Shown piece by piece: positions 52,242-61,725 of a stretch of DNA of 64,000 nucleotides. The position numbers were made by a program, and so were the translations under genes. The notes below the pieces were generated by a model that made no database searches, was not told the origin of the DNA, and was given only the letters and a program-made list of their open reading frames with translations. Position 1 is the first letter of the stretch, and every line of letters begins with the position of its first letter. Source of the DNA: Candidatus Dadabacteria bacterium (GTDB lineage Bacteria; Desulfobacterota_D; UBA1144; Nemesobacterales; Mycalebacteriaceae); assembly GCA_026708565.1 (NCBI GenBank), contig JAPOUR010000002.1:49131-113130 (forward strand). The letters run 5' to 3'.

Positions 52242-53561
52242 ATGAAAGCACTGCTGGTAATACACGGCTATCCGAGGCGCTACAATGCGGGCTCAGAGGT
52301 TTACACCCAGACGCTGGCGCATGCCTTGAGTGACAAGGGTTGCGAGGTGGAGGTATTTGCAAGACAGGAAGACCCCTTTCTGCCAGACTATACACTGCAA
52401 ACGGAAACAGACCCTGTCAGAGATAACATTCCGGTTCACTTGGTCAACCACGCGCGGTCAAACTCGCGCTTTCAGAACCATCACATTGACAAGGTGTTTG
52501 AGCGCGTCATTCATTCCGCCTCGCCGGATATTGTTCATTTCGGGCATCTTAACCATCTTTCCATGGGGTTGCCCTTGGTCGCGAAATCATGCGGGTTGCC
52601 AGTGGTTTTCACCCTACATGATTTCTGGCTTATGTGTCCGCGCGGGCAGTTTCTGCAATGCGGACTTTCCAGCGGCGAGCCATGGAGTATCTGCGACGGT
52701 CAGGAAAACCGGAAGTGCGCCACGCAGTGCTACAACCGTTTCATTGAGGGCGTCCGCCCTGATGAGGAAACGCGTTACTGGGAGCGGTGGATTGGCAACA
52801 GAATGGAACAGGCCCATCGCACATGCGACAACGTGGACCTGTTCATCGCGCCGTCCCGTCATCTTATGTGCAGATATGTGAATGAGTTCGGCCTTGAAGA
52901 GGAAAAAACGGTTTTTACGGACTACGGCTTTGATCGTGACCGCTACAAAGGGCGCCAACGCGAATGTGAAAAAGATTTTGTTTTCGGGTTCATCGGACGC
53001 CACTCTCCGTCAAAGGGAATTCACCTTCTTATAGAGGCATTCTCCGGTATTCCGGGCGGAGCCCGCTTGCGCATCTGGGGAAGGGCCGAAGGACAACTGA
53101 CCGCTTCGCTGAAGCACCAAGCCGCAGATTACCCGAATACCGCATCGCGCATAGAGTGGATGTCCGAATACCGCAATGAGGATATTGTCAGGGATGTTTT
53201 CAACCGTTGCGACTGTATTGTTGTTCCGTCAATATGGGATGAAAACTCACCCCTCGTGATTCATGAAGCCCAGCAATGCCGCGTGCCGGTTATTACCGCA
53301 AGCCACGGGGGGATGGGCGAATATGTCAAAAACGGGGAGAACGGCCTGACTTTCAGACACCGCGACTCGGACGACCTACGCACGGCGATGCGCGCGGCAG
53401 TGGCAGACCCGGTTTCGCTCAAACGCATGGGAAAGCGCGGCTACCTGTTTTCCGATGACGGTCAAATTCCCTGCGCTCGGCGGCATGCGGATGAAGTTTT
53501 GCGACACTACGGGCGCTTGACACAAGGCGCGTCTCAATCCGGGCGGGAGGCAAGCAGTTGA
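52242..53561 (+). CDS. GT4-type (GT-B) glycosyltransferase
   Basis: N-terminus MKALLVIHGYPRRYNAGSEVYTQTLAHAL. C-terminus FVFGFIGRHSPSKGIHLL...VVPSIWDENSPLVIHEAQQCRVPVITASHGGMGEYV..GENG is the E-x7-E-like region. Confidence 0.8.
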   Translation: MKALLVIHGYPRRYNAGSEVYTQTLAHALSDKGCEVEVFARQEDPFLPDYTLQTETDPVRDNIPVHLVNHARSNSRFQNHHIDKVFERVIHSASPDIVHFGHLNHLSMGLPLVAKSCGLPVVFTLHDFWLMCPRGQFLQCGLSSGEPWSICDGQENRKCATQCYNRFIEGVRPDEETRYWERWIGNRMEQAHRTCDNVDLFIAPSRHLMCRYVNEFGLEEEKTVFTDYGFDRDRYKGRQRECEKDFVFGFIGRHSPSKGIHLLIEAFSGIPGGARLRIWGRAEGQLTASLKHQAADYPNTASRIEWMSEYRNEDIVRDVFNRCDCIVVPSIWDENSPLVIHEAQQCRVPVITASHGGMGEYVKNGENGLTFRHRDSDDLRTAMRAAVADPVSLKRMGKRGYLFSDDGQIPCARRHADEVLRHYGRLTQGASQSGREASS

Positions 53562-54619
53562 CCGGCGGCATGGGGGATTTGAAGTGCCTCGCCTCGCCTT
53601 GGCGCATAACCTTTGACACCAACCCGGATGACTGCAACCTTGGTTGCGTCATGTGTGAAGAGCATTCCGCATACAGCCCGCGGAAACAGGCGCGCGCAAG
53701 CGGAAGGGTTCCGCGCCGACGCATGTCCATTGAGACAGTTGAGCGTGTCATTGAGGAGTGCGCGCCAGCGGGGCTGAGAGAAATTATTCCCTCCACAATG
53801 GGCGAGCCACTGATGTATAAGCACATGCCGCGCATTATTGATTTGTGCCGGAAGCATGGTGTAAAAATGAACCTGACCACCAACGGCACCTTTCCCGGAC
53901 TTGGCGCGCAAAGGTGGGCGGAACTTATTGTCCCTATAGGGTCTGATGTGAAGATCAGTTGGAACGGAGCGGACGCGCAATCTCAAAGCATCGTCATGGT
54001 CGGCAATAATTTTGAAAAAAATCTTGAAAATCTCAGAACCTTTGTGCGGACGCGCGACAGGCATGCGGCGGGCGGCGGAAACTACTGTTCCGTAACTCTG
54101 CAAATGACCTTTATGGAAATGAACCTTCCTCAGGTTCCGCAGGTTGTGGAACTGGCTGTTGCGGAAGGCGTTGACAGGGTGAAGGGACACCATCTCTGGG
54201 CGCATTTCAGGGAGATTGCCGGTCAGGACTTGCGCCGCAACAGTGATTCCATCACGCGCTGGAATACAATTGCTCGGCAGTGCCGCCGTATTGCCGAAGA
54301 AAGGCGGCTACCGAACGGCAAGCGTATTCGCTTGGAAAATATCTATGAGATTGACCCCGGTCATGGCGGCGAGTTGCACCCGGACGCCCGATGCCCTTTT
54401 CTCGGTCAGGAGGCATGGGTGAACCATGCGGGGCGTTTCGACCCTTGTTGCGCGCCCGATACATTGCGCCGCACGTTGGGTGATTTTGGCAATGTGTCTG
54501 GCAAGGGGCTGTTGCCTATATGGAACAGCCCGGAATACAAAGACCTAATTAAAGATTACATGCGGCACGAGGTTTGTCGGAAGTGCAACATGCGCAAACC
54601 GCCGCTGGAGTTCGCATAG
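53558..54619 (+). CDS. radical SAM enzyme with C-terminal SPASM/twitch-like Cys cluster
   Basis: CNLGCVMCEE (CxxxCxxC) near the N-terminus. The C-terminus CPFLGQEAWVNHAGRFDPCCAP...EVCRKCNMR is Cys-rich. TTG 53558 has GGGAGG 7 nt upstream; ATG 53570 is the alternative start. Confidence 0.75.
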   Translation: MTGGMGDLKCLASPWRITFDTNPDDCNLGCVMCEEHSAYSPRKQARASGRVPRRRMSIETVERVIEECAPAGLREIIPSTMGEPLMYKHMPRIIDLCRKHGVKMNLTTNGTFPGLGAQRWAELIVPIGSDVKISWNGADAQSQSIVMVGNNFEKNLENLRTFVRTRDRHAAGGGNYCSVTLQMTFMEMNLPQVPQVVELAVAEGVDRVKGHHLWAHFREIAGQDLRRNSDSITRWNTIARQCRRIAEERRLPNGKRIRLENIYEIDPGHGGELHPDARCPFLGQEAWVNHAGRFDPCCAPDTLRRTLGDFGNVSGKGLLPIWNSPEYKDLIKDYMRHEVCRKCNMRKPPLEFA

Positions 54620-54681
54620 GTTTGAAAGAGGAAGCGCAAATTATCGGCGGCAAAAACGCCTTCGACCACATTGGAAAAGCG

Positions 54682-55344
54682 ATGGATGTAATCCCGCCTG
54701 ATGCCTTGGCGGCGGCGGTGATGCGCCACGCCGAGAGGGGTAAAATACCTGAGGGAGAGCACGGCAATGACGTGTTGTTGACGGCACGGGGCGAGCGCGA
54801 TGCCGTAGAGGCGGGAAAAATAATGCGGGGTGGAATCTCCCGGATACTGCACAGCCCGGTGCCGCGCTGTCGGCAAACGGCGGACGGTTTGCGGAGAGGC
54901 GGCGGTTCGGGGAGTGTCCCTGAAGAATGGTTGGGATTGCGGTGTGATATCTATGTTTCAAACTTTGAGGTGGCGGAAACCACCCTGTCCCGTCTGGTAT
55001 CGGAAAAAGATTTTTACGACCATTTCATCAAACGCATGTCGGAGTGCGGCGATAAAATTCCGTATCCGGGTTTTAGCCCTCCGTTTTCCGCAACAGTGGA
55101 ACTTATGAAAGGCATTATTGGCTCTCGAAGGCGCGGGCTGTGCGTCGGCATCACTCACGACTGGCTTGTTAATGTTGCCGTTTCATACGCAACGGGAAGG
55201 ATTGTCAGCCGGGCTGATGACAGTTATGCGAATTATCTGGACGCGCTGTTTATTTGGAAAGCCGATTCTTGCTGGATGTATTATCACAAGGGAAGAATCA
55301 GGAAATGTCCGATTTCCTTTACTTCCTTCATAGAGCGGCAATGA
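54682..55344 (+). CDS. histidine phosphatase superfamily (PGAM-like) protein
   Basis: VMRHAERG (RHG-type motif), LTARGERDAVEAG..ILHSPVPRCRQTA, and a later GITHDW. Start uncertain (ATG 54682, TTG 54622 or TTG 54574). Confidence 0.55.
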   Translation: MDVIPPDALAAAVMRHAERGKIPEGEHGNDVLLTARGERDAVEAGKIMRGGISRILHSPVPRCRQTADGLRRGGGSGSVPEEWLGLRCDIYVSNFEVAETTLSRLVSEKDFYDHFIKRMSECGDKIPYPGFSPPFSATVELMKGIIGSRRRGLCVGITHDWLVNVAVSYATGRIVSRADDSYANYLDALFIWKADSCWMYYHKGRIRKCPISFTSFIERQ

Positions 55345-55383
55345 TAATGGAGAACAGTTCTGTGGGCCGCTATTGAAATTCAA

Positions 55384-56109
55384 ATGAATTCTGAGCAGTG
55401 GAAAAACACCGCGCCCGCGCCTGAGGGCACTCATCACTTGAAAGTCCTCGGTGGTGAAGCCCTGTATCCGGCAAGATACGACAAGGTTTTGCCGTTTCGC
55501 GCCCCCGGGCTTGCAGCGGCGCAACTGGGCGCCGGTGGGTTTCACATCCTGCCAGACGGCAACCCGGCATACTCGGAGCGTTTCACTCGCGCCTTTAATT
55601 TCTATGAGGGTCTGGCGGCGGTCATGCTCCAGCGCGAGTGGTTTCACATACATCCGGACGGAGGCAGCGCATACGGGGGAACATGGAACTGGTGCGGCAA
55701 TTTTCAGCGGCAACGCTGTCCGGTCAGAGATGCGCGGGGACGCTATTACCACATACGCAAAAATGGCGAACCGCTTCCGGGCGGCCCGCATCTCTATGCG
55801 GGTGATTTCAGGGAGTGTGTTGCTGTGGTTCGCTCTCCGGACGGCTTGTGTCGGCACGTTGATTCGGAGGGCAGGTTTGTTAATACGGGTGCATTTTTTG
55901 ACCTGGATGTTCCTCACAAAGGATATGCGTGCGCCCGTGACGCGGGCGGCTGGTTTCATATAGACAAAGACGGAAATGATGCTTCGGGCGGTCACCGTTA
56001 CCGGTATCTTGAGCCTTTCTACAACGGACAGGCGCTTGCCAGAAAGCAGGATGGCGAGATGGTTGTTATAGACGAGAGCGGAGAAATCCGCATTTTTATA
56101 GGCGGGTAG
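55384..56109 (+). CDS. WG-repeat (KWG-type) protein
   Basis: Four or more units of the form F.EGLA.V....W..I..DG (FYEGLAAVMLQREWFHIHPDG, FRECVAVVRSPDGLCRHVDSEG, KGYACARDAGGWFHIDKDG, FYNGQALARKQDGEMVVIDESG). Confidence 0.65.
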   Translation: MNSEQWKNTAPAPEGTHHLKVLGGEALYPARYDKVLPFRAPGLAAAQLGAGGFHILPDGNPAYSERFTRAFNFYEGLAAVMLQREWFHIHPDGGSAYGGTWNWCGNFQRQRCPVRDARGRYYHIRKNGEPLPGGPHLYAGDFRECVAVVRSPDGLCRHVDSEGRFVNTGAFFDLDVPHKGYACARDAGGWFHIDKDGNDASGGHRYRYLEPFYNGQALARKQDGEMVVIDESGEIRIFIGG

Positions 56110-56187
56110 AAATCAGCCGGGTTGCATGAAGTCAGCGTGTCATTCCGGAAACCTCTGGCAATGCGACTTGGCGTAAGGCTCGGACTT

Positions 56188-56226
56188 CCGCCCCCCGTTT
56201 CTATGCTATAATCAAAACCGCAATGG
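56188..56226. repeat. junction repeat, copy 2 (nadA promoter/start)
   Basis: See 51269-51306. TATAAT at 56207-56212, a 10-nt spacer, then ATG at 56223. Confidence 0.8.
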
Positions 56227-57164
56227 CTGGTGAAACGGCGGAGACTGCGCGGCGTATAGAATCTCTCAAAAGAGACAAGAACGCCGTTATTCTGGCGCAC
56301 AACTACCAGATTCCAGAAGTGCAGGACGTGGCGGACTATGTCGGAGACTCGCTCGGCCTCTCTCAACTGGCGGCGCGCACCGACGCCGACATCATAGTTT
56401 TCTGCGGCGTCCACTTCATGGCGGAAACGGCAAGCATCATCTCGCCGGAAAAAAAGGTTTTAATCCCAGACACAGCGGCGGGCTGCTCGCTGTCCGACAC
56501 CATCACCGCCGACCAGTTGAGAGAATGGAAGGACGAACATCCGGGCGCGGTGGTGGTTTCATACGTGAACACATCGGCGGAGGTGAAGTCTGAAAGCGAC
56601 TACTGCGTTACCTCCTCAAACGCCGTCCGGGTGGTGGAATCAATCCCCCCGGACAGAAAAATACTGTTTCTGCCGGACATATTTCTGGGGTCATACGTTG
56701 CCAAGGTTACGGGCAGGGAAATGGAGATCTGGCCCGGCGAGTGCCATGTTCACACCGGCATTAAAGTCGGCGACATCAAACGCGCAAAAGACGAGCATCC
56801 GGGCGCGGAAGTGGTGGTTCATCCCGAATGCGGCTGCACAACCCACTACCTCTACCACGGCGCGGGGAAGGGCGATGTCAGGTTTCTCTCAACCTCCGGA
56901 ATGACGGAGCGCGCCCGCAGCGGCGGAGACGAGTTCATTGTCGCCACCGAAACGGGAATGCTTCACCGCCTCAGAAAAGACAACCCCGGCAAAAAGTTTT
57001 TTCCGGCAAGCGCCGAAGCCGTTTGCGAGTATATGAAAATGATAACCCTTGACAAGGTTCTGCGCTCCCTTGAGGAGGAAATCTTTGAGGTGAAAGTTCC
57101 CGAAGAACTGGCGCAGAGGGCAAAGAAGCCCATAGACAGAATGCTCGGAGTTCCCACGGGCTGA
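56223..57164 (+). CDS. nadA: quinolinate synthase
   Basis: ILAHNYQIPEVQDVADYVGDSL, FCGVHFMAETA, VSYVNTSAEVK and VHPEC. Confidence 0.95.
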   Translation: MAGETAETARRIESLKRDKNAVILAHNYQIPEVQDVADYVGDSLGLSQLAARTDADIIVFCGVHFMAETASIISPEKKVLIPDTAAGCSLSDTITADQLREWKDEHPGAVVVSYVNTSAEVKSESDYCVTSSNAVRVVESIPPDRKILFLPDIFLGSYVAKVTGREMEIWPGECHVHTGIKVGDIKRAKDEHPGAEVVVHPECGCTTHYLYHGAGKGDVRFLSTSGMTERARSGGDEFIVATETGMLHRLRKDNPGKKFFPASAEAVCEYMKMITLDKVLRSLEEEIFEVKVPEELAQRAKKPIDRMLGVPTG

Positions 57165-57165
57165 A

Positions 57166-57666
57166 TTATTCAGCCGCCTCTCTCGCTCCCACTTCCCTGT
57201 CAAGCATAAGCAGGGCGGCGGGGTTGTCTCCCGCCATTTTCAGACTGTCCAGAATGTCTGTGGCGGTTTTCTCCTCTTCAACCTGCTCCTCTATAAACCA
57301 CTCAAGCATCACGGCGGTCGCAGAATCCTTCTCGGCAACCGCAAGCCGGTGAAGGTCATGTATCATCTGCGTTACCTTGCGCTCGTGTTTGAGGGCCTCC
57401 TCAAACATCTTTGCGGGGCCGCCGAAAGACGATTTGGGCTTGGCTATCGCCCCCAGTTCCACACGCCCGCCCCTGTCAAGAACAAAGTCAAACAGTTTCA
57501 TCGCGTGGGCGGTTTCCTCCTCGCTCTGTTTCCTCATCCACCTGCCGAAGCCCGGAAAGCCTCCGGCTTCGCAGTCGGCAGCCATGGACAGATACAGGTA
57601 TGAGGCGTAAAACTCGGCGTTTACCTGCTTGTTTACGGCGGTCTGAAGCTTTTTTCCTATGGTCAT
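57166..57666 (-). CDS. ftn: non-heme ferritin
   Basis: LQTAVNKQVNAEFYASYLYLSMA...EEETAHAMKLFDFV...E.EH are the ferroxidase ligands. ATG at 57666 with a GGGAGGAAAA SD. Confidence 0.85.
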   Translation of the reverse strand: MTIGKKLQTAVNKQVNAEFYASYLYLSMAADCEAGGFPGFGRWMRKQSEEETAHAMKLFDFVLDRGGRVELGAIAKPKSSFGGPAKMFEEALKHERKVTQMIHDLHRLAVAEKDSATAVMLEWFIEEQVEEEKTATDILDSLKMAGDNPAALLMLDREVGAREAAE

Positions 57667-57827
57667 ATCCCTGTTTTCCTCCCGGTTCACTCATTATAAG
57701 GGCGCGCGGGGCGGCTTTCAACTTGAGAATTTTTCCCCCGCCCAGTTGATAAGCGTTGCGGCGTGCTTATATAATGTTATGTGAATGGTCAAACGAGGCG
57801 CGCCGCGCCAGGGAGAGTTCTCAAATC

Positions 57828-60251
57828 ATGAGCTCCGAAAAAATCTCCAAAGACATGCCGATGCTTCCCCTGAGGGATGTCGTTATGTTTCCGCACATGG
57901 TCGCCCCCCTGTTTGTGGGGCGCGCGCGCTCAATCAAGGCGATTGAAGAGGCCGAGAATGCCGACAAGGAAATCTTCCTGTGCACCCAGATGGACGCGAG
58001 TGAAAACGAGCCCAAAACTGAAGACATTTACTCCACGGGCGTCATAGGCACGGTCGCCCAGATGCTCCGCCTGCCGGACGGAACGGTGAAGGTTCTGGTT
58101 GAGGGCAAAAAGAGGGGGCGCATAGAGCAATACATTGAGACATCGGACTTCTACAAGGTCAGGGTGTCGGTCATTGAAGAGTCGCGGGGCGCAGAAAGCG
58201 TTGAGGGGGACGCGCTCAGAAGGTCGGTTCTCAAGGCGTTTGAGGGCTACATAAAACTCAACAGAAAAATACCGGGCGAGGTCTTCTCAACCGTTTCGGC
58301 AATTGAAGACATGGGACGCCTTTCGGATACGGTGGCCTCCCACCTGAACCTCAAAATTACCGACAAGCAGGAACTGCTTGAGACCGGAGACCCCGAAGAG
58401 AGGATGAAAAAACTGCACGAGAAGATGCAGGAAGAGGTGGAGATTCTTGAGATAGAAAAGAGGATAGGCAAGCGGGTGCGCAGGCAGATGGAGAAATCCC
58501 AGAGGGAGTACTATCTGACCGAGCAGATGAAGGCGATACAGAAGGAACTCGGCGAAAAGGACGACATGAAGTCCGATGTTCAGGAGATTGAGGCGAAACT
58601 CAAGGACAAGGGGCTTCCCAAAGAGGTTGAGGAGAGGGTCAAAAAGGAACTGAAAAAACTCAAGATGATGCCTTCAATGTCCGCCGAGGCAACCGTTGTC
58701 AGAAACTATGTTGACTGGATAATGGACCTCCCGTGGACCAAGGAGCACACCAAAGACCGCCTGGACATAAAAGAGGCGAGGAGCATACTTGAAGAAGACC
58801 ACTACGGCCTCAGAGACCCCAAGGACAGAATTCTTGAATACCTTTCGGTGCGGACGCTCACCGAGAAGATTCGCGGCCCCATACTTTGCTTTGTGGGTCC
58901 TCCGGGGGTGGGAAAAACCTCCCTTGCCAAGTCCATAGCCCGCTCAATGGGGAGGAAGTTCGTCCGTGTCTCCCTTGGCGGGGTGCGGGACGAGTCCGAG
59001 ATTCGCGGCCACAGGAGAACCTACATAGGCGCGCTTCCCGGAAAAATCATTCAGGGAATGAAAAAGGCGGGCACAATCAACCCTGTGTTCCTGCTTGACG
59101 AGATAGACAAACTGGGGATGGACTTCCGGGGCGACCCGGCGTCCGCCCTGCTTGAGTGCCTTGACCCGGAGCAGAACTCCAACTTCAACGACCACTACAT
59201 AGAGGCGGATTACGACCTGTCCAAAGTTCTGTTCATAGCCACGGCGAACATCACTCACACCATTCCGTGGGCGCTTCAGGACAGGATGGAGATCATCCGC
59301 ATACCGGGCTACACCGAGGATGAGAAACTGCACATCGCCAAAAAGTTTCTGCTCGGCAAGCAGACAAAAGAGCACGGGCTGGAGGATTCCCTGACGGGTG
59401 TCGCCGACACCGCGCTTCTTGAGATAATCCGCCGCTACACGCGGGAGGCCGGGGTGCGCACGCTTGAGCGCGAGATAGCCAAACTTTGCAGAAAGGTGGC
59501 AAGGAAGGTCGCCGAGACCGAAGGCGGCAAGTCCCGCTCCAAAGTCAGGGTAACGGCAAAGAACATCGGCGGCTATCTGGGCGTTCCCAAGTTCAAGCAC
59601 GGCGAGATAGAAGAAGATGACCAGATAGGGGCGGTAACCGGCCTTGCGTGGACCGAGGTGGGCGGCGAGTTGCTCACCATAGAGGTTACGATAGTTCCCG
59701 GAAAGGGGGGGTTCACGGTTACGGGAGTCAAGCCGGAGGGCGAAAACGTGATGAAGGAATCCGCCCGCGCGGCCATGAGTTACGTGCGCTCGCGCGGCGC
59801 GCAGCTGGGGCTGGACAGGGATTTCTACCAGATGGTTGACATACACATTCACGCCCCGGAGGGCGCGACCCCCAAGGACGGCCCCTCCGCCGGGATAGCG
59901 ATTGTTACCGCCATTGTGTCCGCCCTGCTCAAAAAACCGGTCAGGCGCGACATTGCGATGACCGGCGAGATAACGCTTCGCGGGCGGGTGCTGCCCATAG
60001 GCGGGCTGAAGGAGAAAATCCTTGCCGCCCAGCGCGGAAAGGTCAAAACCGTGCTTCTCCCGCAGGAGAATGAGAAAGACCTTGAGGACGTTCCCGCGGA
60101 GGTTAAGAAAGGTGTTGAGATTAAACTTGTTGAGCACATGGACAAGGTTCTTGAGGAGGCAATAATTTCCGATGAGCCGTTGCTCAAGAGTTTTGTCTCC
60201 CCGTTTGAAGCCAAGGGGGCCATCGGGGTTTCCGGGACGAAAATGAACTGA
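57828..60251 (+). CDS. lon: ATP-dependent Lon protease
   Basis: [15 protein letters not shown] (LON N domain), GPPGVGKTS (Walker A) and [14 protein letters not shown] (catalytic Ser). ORF 57756 trimmed to the ATG at 57828, which has a GGGAGAG SD. Confidence 0.95.
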   Translation: MSSEKISKDMPMLPLRDVVMFPHMVAPLFVGRARSIKAIEEAENADKEIFLCTQMDASENEPKTEDIYSTGVIGTVAQMLRLPDGTVKVLVEGKKRGRIEQYIETSDFYKVRVSVIEESRGAESVEGDALRRSVLKAFEGYIKLNRKIPGEVFSTVSAIEDMGRLSDTVASHLNLKITDKQELLETGDPEERMKKLHEKMQEEVEILEIEKRIGKRVRRQMEKSQREYYLTEQMKAIQKELGEKDDMKSDVQEIEAKLKDKGLPKEVEERVKKELKKLKMMPSMSAEATVVRNYVDWIMDLPWTKEHTKDRLDIKEARSILEEDHYGLRDPKDRILEYLSVRTLTEKIRGPILCFVGPPGVGKTSLAKSIARSMGRKFVRVSLGGVRDESEIRGHRRTYIGALPGKIIQGMKKAGTINPVFLLDEIDKLGMDFRGDPASALLECLDPEQNSNFNDHYIEADYDLSKVLFIATANITHTIPWALQDRMEIIRIPGYTEDEKLHIAKKFLLGKQTKEHGLEDSLTGVADTALLEIIRRYTREAGVRTLEREIAKLCRKVARKVAETEGGKSRSKVRVTAKNIGGYLGVPKFKHGEIEEDDQIGAVTGLAWTEVGGELLTIEVTIVPGKGGFTVTGVKPEGENVMKESARAAMSYVRSRGAQLGLDRDFYQMVDIHIHAPEGATPKDGPSAGIAIVTAIVSALLKKPVRRDIAMTGEITLRGRVLPIGGLKEKILAAQRGKVKTVLLPQENEKDLEDVPAEVKKGVEIKLVEHMDKVLEEAIISDEPLLKSFVSPFEAKGAIGVSGTKMN

Positions 60252-61297
60252 TGAAAGCGGTGGTTTACAACAAACCGGGCGATGTGAGCGTTGAAAATGT
60301 CGCCGACCCCGCCATAAAAGACGGGCGCGATGCGATAGTGCGTGTTACAAAGAGCGCCGTTTGCGGCTCAGACCTTCATTTCTACAGGGGGGTTGTCCCC
60401 ATGGATGAGGGTTTTGTCGTGGGGCATGAGTTCATGGGCGTTGTTGAAGACGCCGGAAAGGACGCAAGGGGGCTGAAAAAGGGCGACAGGGTTGTGGCTC
60501 CGTTCTGGGTCAGTTGCGGGGGTTGCGCAAACTGCCACAACCATTTTCCGACTTCATGCACGGGGGGCGGCGGTTGCTTTGGTTTCGGCGAGGCGTTCGG
60601 GGGATACGGCGGCGGGCAGGCGGAGTTTGTCCGGGTGGCGCTTGCCGACACCACGCTTGAGAAAGTTCCCGAAAGTGTTGAGGACGAGAAACTTCTTTTT
60701 CTCGGTGATGTTTTCTCAACGGCGTATTTCTGCGCCGAGTGGGCGGACATCAAACCCGGCGGTGTGGTGGTGGTTTTCGGAGACGGCCCCCTCGGGCTTC
60801 TTGCGACCGCTTCGGCGCGGCTTTTCAGTCCTTCAAAGGTGATAACTGTCGGCCACCATGATTACCGGCTGGGCATGGCAAAGAGCGCGGGGGCGGATTT
60901 TGTCATCAACTCTTCAAATGAAGACCCGGCGGAGAGGGTTATGGAGATTACCGGCGGCCTCGGCGCAGACTCCGCGTGCGAGTGCATCGGTTCGGAGTCC
61001 GCTCTTCTTGAAACCTTCAAGGTTGTCCGTCCGGGCGGCGTAATATCGTTTATCGGTCTGTTTCTTGAGCCTGTGGCAATACCGATGCTTGATTTTTATC
61101 TTAAAAATTTCACTCTGCGCGGCGGGGTCTGCCCGGCGAAGAATTACATCTCAAAACTCCTTCCTCTCGTTGAGAGCGGGAGGGTTGACCCGTCTTTCAT
61201 CATCTCCCACGACTTGCCGCTTTCCGACACTCCGAAGGGGTATGAACTTATGGACAAGAGGATGGAAAATGCGGTCAAGGTCGTTTTGACCCCCTGA
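60251..61297 (+). CDS. zinc-dependent alcohol/formaldehyde dehydrogenase family (MDR)
   Basis: VCGSDLHFYRG, GHEFMGVV, a structural Zn motif CGGCANCHNHFPTSC, and GDGPLGL. Confidence 0.85.
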   Translation: MKAVVYNKPGDVSVENVADPAIKDGRDAIVRVTKSAVCGSDLHFYRGVVPMDEGFVVGHEFMGVVEDAGKDARGLKKGDRVVAPFWVSCGGCANCHNHFPTSCTGGGGCFGFGEAFGGYGGGQAEFVRVALADTTLEKVPESVEDEKLLFLGDVFSTAYFCAEWADIKPGGVVVVFGDGPLGLLATASARLFSPSKVITVGHHDYRLGMAKSAGADFVINSSNEDPAERVMEITGGLGADSACECIGSESALLETFKVVRPGGVISFIGLFLEPVAIPMLDFYLKNFTLRGGVCPAKNYISKLLPLVESGRVDPSFIISHDLPLSDTPKGYELMDKRMENAVKVVLTP

Positions 61298-61354
61298 TGA
61301 GGGTGTTTTTCCGGAATAACTCCTGTTTTCCCGTTTTATGTATAATTTGGCGTT

Positions 61355-61552
61355 ATGGAATACAAGGTTGTTTTACAGCATTCCGAAGAGGGATACAGCA
61401 TTTCCTGCCCCGGTCTTCCGGGTTGCGTCTCACAGGGTGAAACGGAGGCGGAGGCGCTTGCAAACATACGCGAGGCGATTTGTGACTATCTGGCGGTTGT
61501 GGATGAGAATTGTAAAGGGAAATACATCCGCAAAGTTGAAGTCGCCGTTTAG
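61355..61552 (+). CDS. hicB: HicB-family (UPF0150) antitoxin-like protein, N-terminal domain only
   Basis: MEYKVVLQHSEEGYSISCPGLPGCVSQGETEAEALANIREAICDYL is a typical HicB N-domain. 65 aa with no DNA-binding domain. TATAAT (61341-61346) lies 8 nt upstream and there is no SD. Confidence 0.7.
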   Translation: MEYKVVLQHSEEGYSISCPGLPGCVSQGETEAEALANIREAICDYLAVVDENCKGKYIRKVEVAV

Positions 61553-61554
61553 CA

Positions 61555-61654
61555 ATGCCGAAACCCACTGGGACGAATTCATAAGGGAAGTGCCGCTGGA
61601 CAGATAGGGGAAAATCCGGGGCAGAGACTTCCCATACCTGACCAAATGGGGTAA
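61555..61654 (+). pseudogene. possible degraded hicA remnant
   Basis: ATG at 61555 gives MPKPTGTNS-stop, a HicA-like MPK start. The +1 frame continues RIHKGSAAGQIGENPGQRLPIPDQMG-stop, faintly resembling HicA ..KGSH....PG..v.IP. It is far shorter than an intact HicA. Confidence 0.25.
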
Positions 61655-61725
61655 CTTTCAAGTGAAAACGGCTGGAAGAATACTGGTTATGCGGCTTTCT
61701 GTAGCACTTTCAGGGTATTAGTAAA

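Noticed and set aside
57691-57827. A Fur box upstream of ferritin, or a CIRCE/heat-shock element upstream of lon.
   Set aside because: Only a short imperfect AT palindrome (ataatgttat) overlaps a TATAAT box. There is no convincing match to the 19-bp Fur consensus or to the CIRCE inverted repeat.
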